A DNA stretch of 64,000 nucleotides from Octopus vulgaris. Taxonomy: Eukaryota. The stretch spans positions 51,150,001 to 51,214,000 of the forward strand of contig OX597829.1 in NCBI GenBank assembly GCA_951406725.2, in the 5' to 3' direction. Position numbers and translations under genes: made by a program. Below the pieces are notes generated by a model. It saw only the letters and a program-made list of their open reading frames with translations. It did no database searches and was not told where the DNA came from. Shown here piece after piece: positions 63,126 through 64,000 of the stretch. Position 1 is the first letter of the stretch. Every line of letters starts with the position of its first letter.

Positions 63126-64000
63126 GAATGTAATGTGTCTATCACGCTTAGACATCACATGATAGTTGCAAACAAATGTCACCATTATGTAAATGGTACC
63201 CTTTGTCTCCAGTCTTCTGTGGAAACTTGTCTTAGTCATGGAAAAAAATATTACCTTACTCGGAAACAGGTGATAGGAAGGGCATCCAGCCATAGAAACT
63301 CTGCCTCAATAAATTCTGTCTGACCCATGCAAAATGGACATTAAAACTACGATGATGATGATGATACACTCACCATTCAATTCTACATAGGTCAACCATC
63401 CAACATCATCATCATTTAACATCCGTTGTACATACTGGCAATGGCTAGATGGGTCGACCAGGGCTGGTAAGCTGAGGGTCTGCCCCAGGCTCCAGTCTGA
63501 TTCAGCATGGTTTCTACAGCTGGATGCCCTTCCTAATGCCAACCACTCCAAGAGTGTAATGGGTGCCTTTTACATGCCACTGGTTTTGGTGCCAGTTACA
63601 GGACACCAGCATCGGCCACAACCATGATTTGACTTGGCTTGACGGATCTTCTCAAGCACAGCATATTACCAGAGGTTTCGGTCACTAGGCATTACCTCCA
63701 TGAGGCCCAATATTCAAAGATCATGCTTCGCCACCTCCTCCCATGTCTTCCTGGGTCTACCTCTTCCACAGGTCCCCTCCACAGTTAGATATCAGCTCTT
63801 CCTTACACAACTGTCCTCAATTTGATAAATCATCATTAGTTTGGTGTTTTACTTTTCCATGCTTGCATGTATCAGATGGAATTTTACTAAGATGGCCTTT
63901 CTATGATTGGACATCAACCCTCACCTATTTCCAAGAAATAGATGGTACTTCTCTATAACCAGGCATGTTTTTCACAGAAGACTGCAAAACAAAGGATACC

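Overview
AT-rich, repeat-dense animal genomic DNA. The SINE, LINE and microsatellite repertoire looks like an octopus/coleoid cephalopod; that is inferred from repeat style, not from a database hit. Only one host coding exon is well supported: + strand, acceptor AG ending 4547, ATG 4630, donor 5669. It encodes a low-complexity poly-N/Q/A/S N-terminus with no recognisable domain. The remaining ~58 kb appears to be intron, or intergenic if the gene ends early. It is filled with tRNA-derived SINEs (three families), RTE LINEs (one young 5'-truncated copy with an open RT carrying a PHD-like finger), CR1, R4/Dong-like and Penelope relics, mariner and Tc1 relics, two TTAA MITE families and non-autonomous Helitrons. 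Nearly all other listed ORFs are microsatellite or SINE artefacts. The unexplained signals are: (1) at least five hammerhead-ribozyme motifs in Penelope-like terminal repeats, two of them nearly canonical; (2) a family of diverged long fold-back modules (~13.8-14.5, 41.3-43.3 and 53.9/59.7-62.2 kb) sharing exact 15-21 nt motifs; (3) a compact three-way-junction RNA at 7769-7962 whose non-Watson-Crick pairs read as G-U on the gene strand; (4) several pre-miRNA-sized hairpins. All structures were found by eye, without folding or alignment software.
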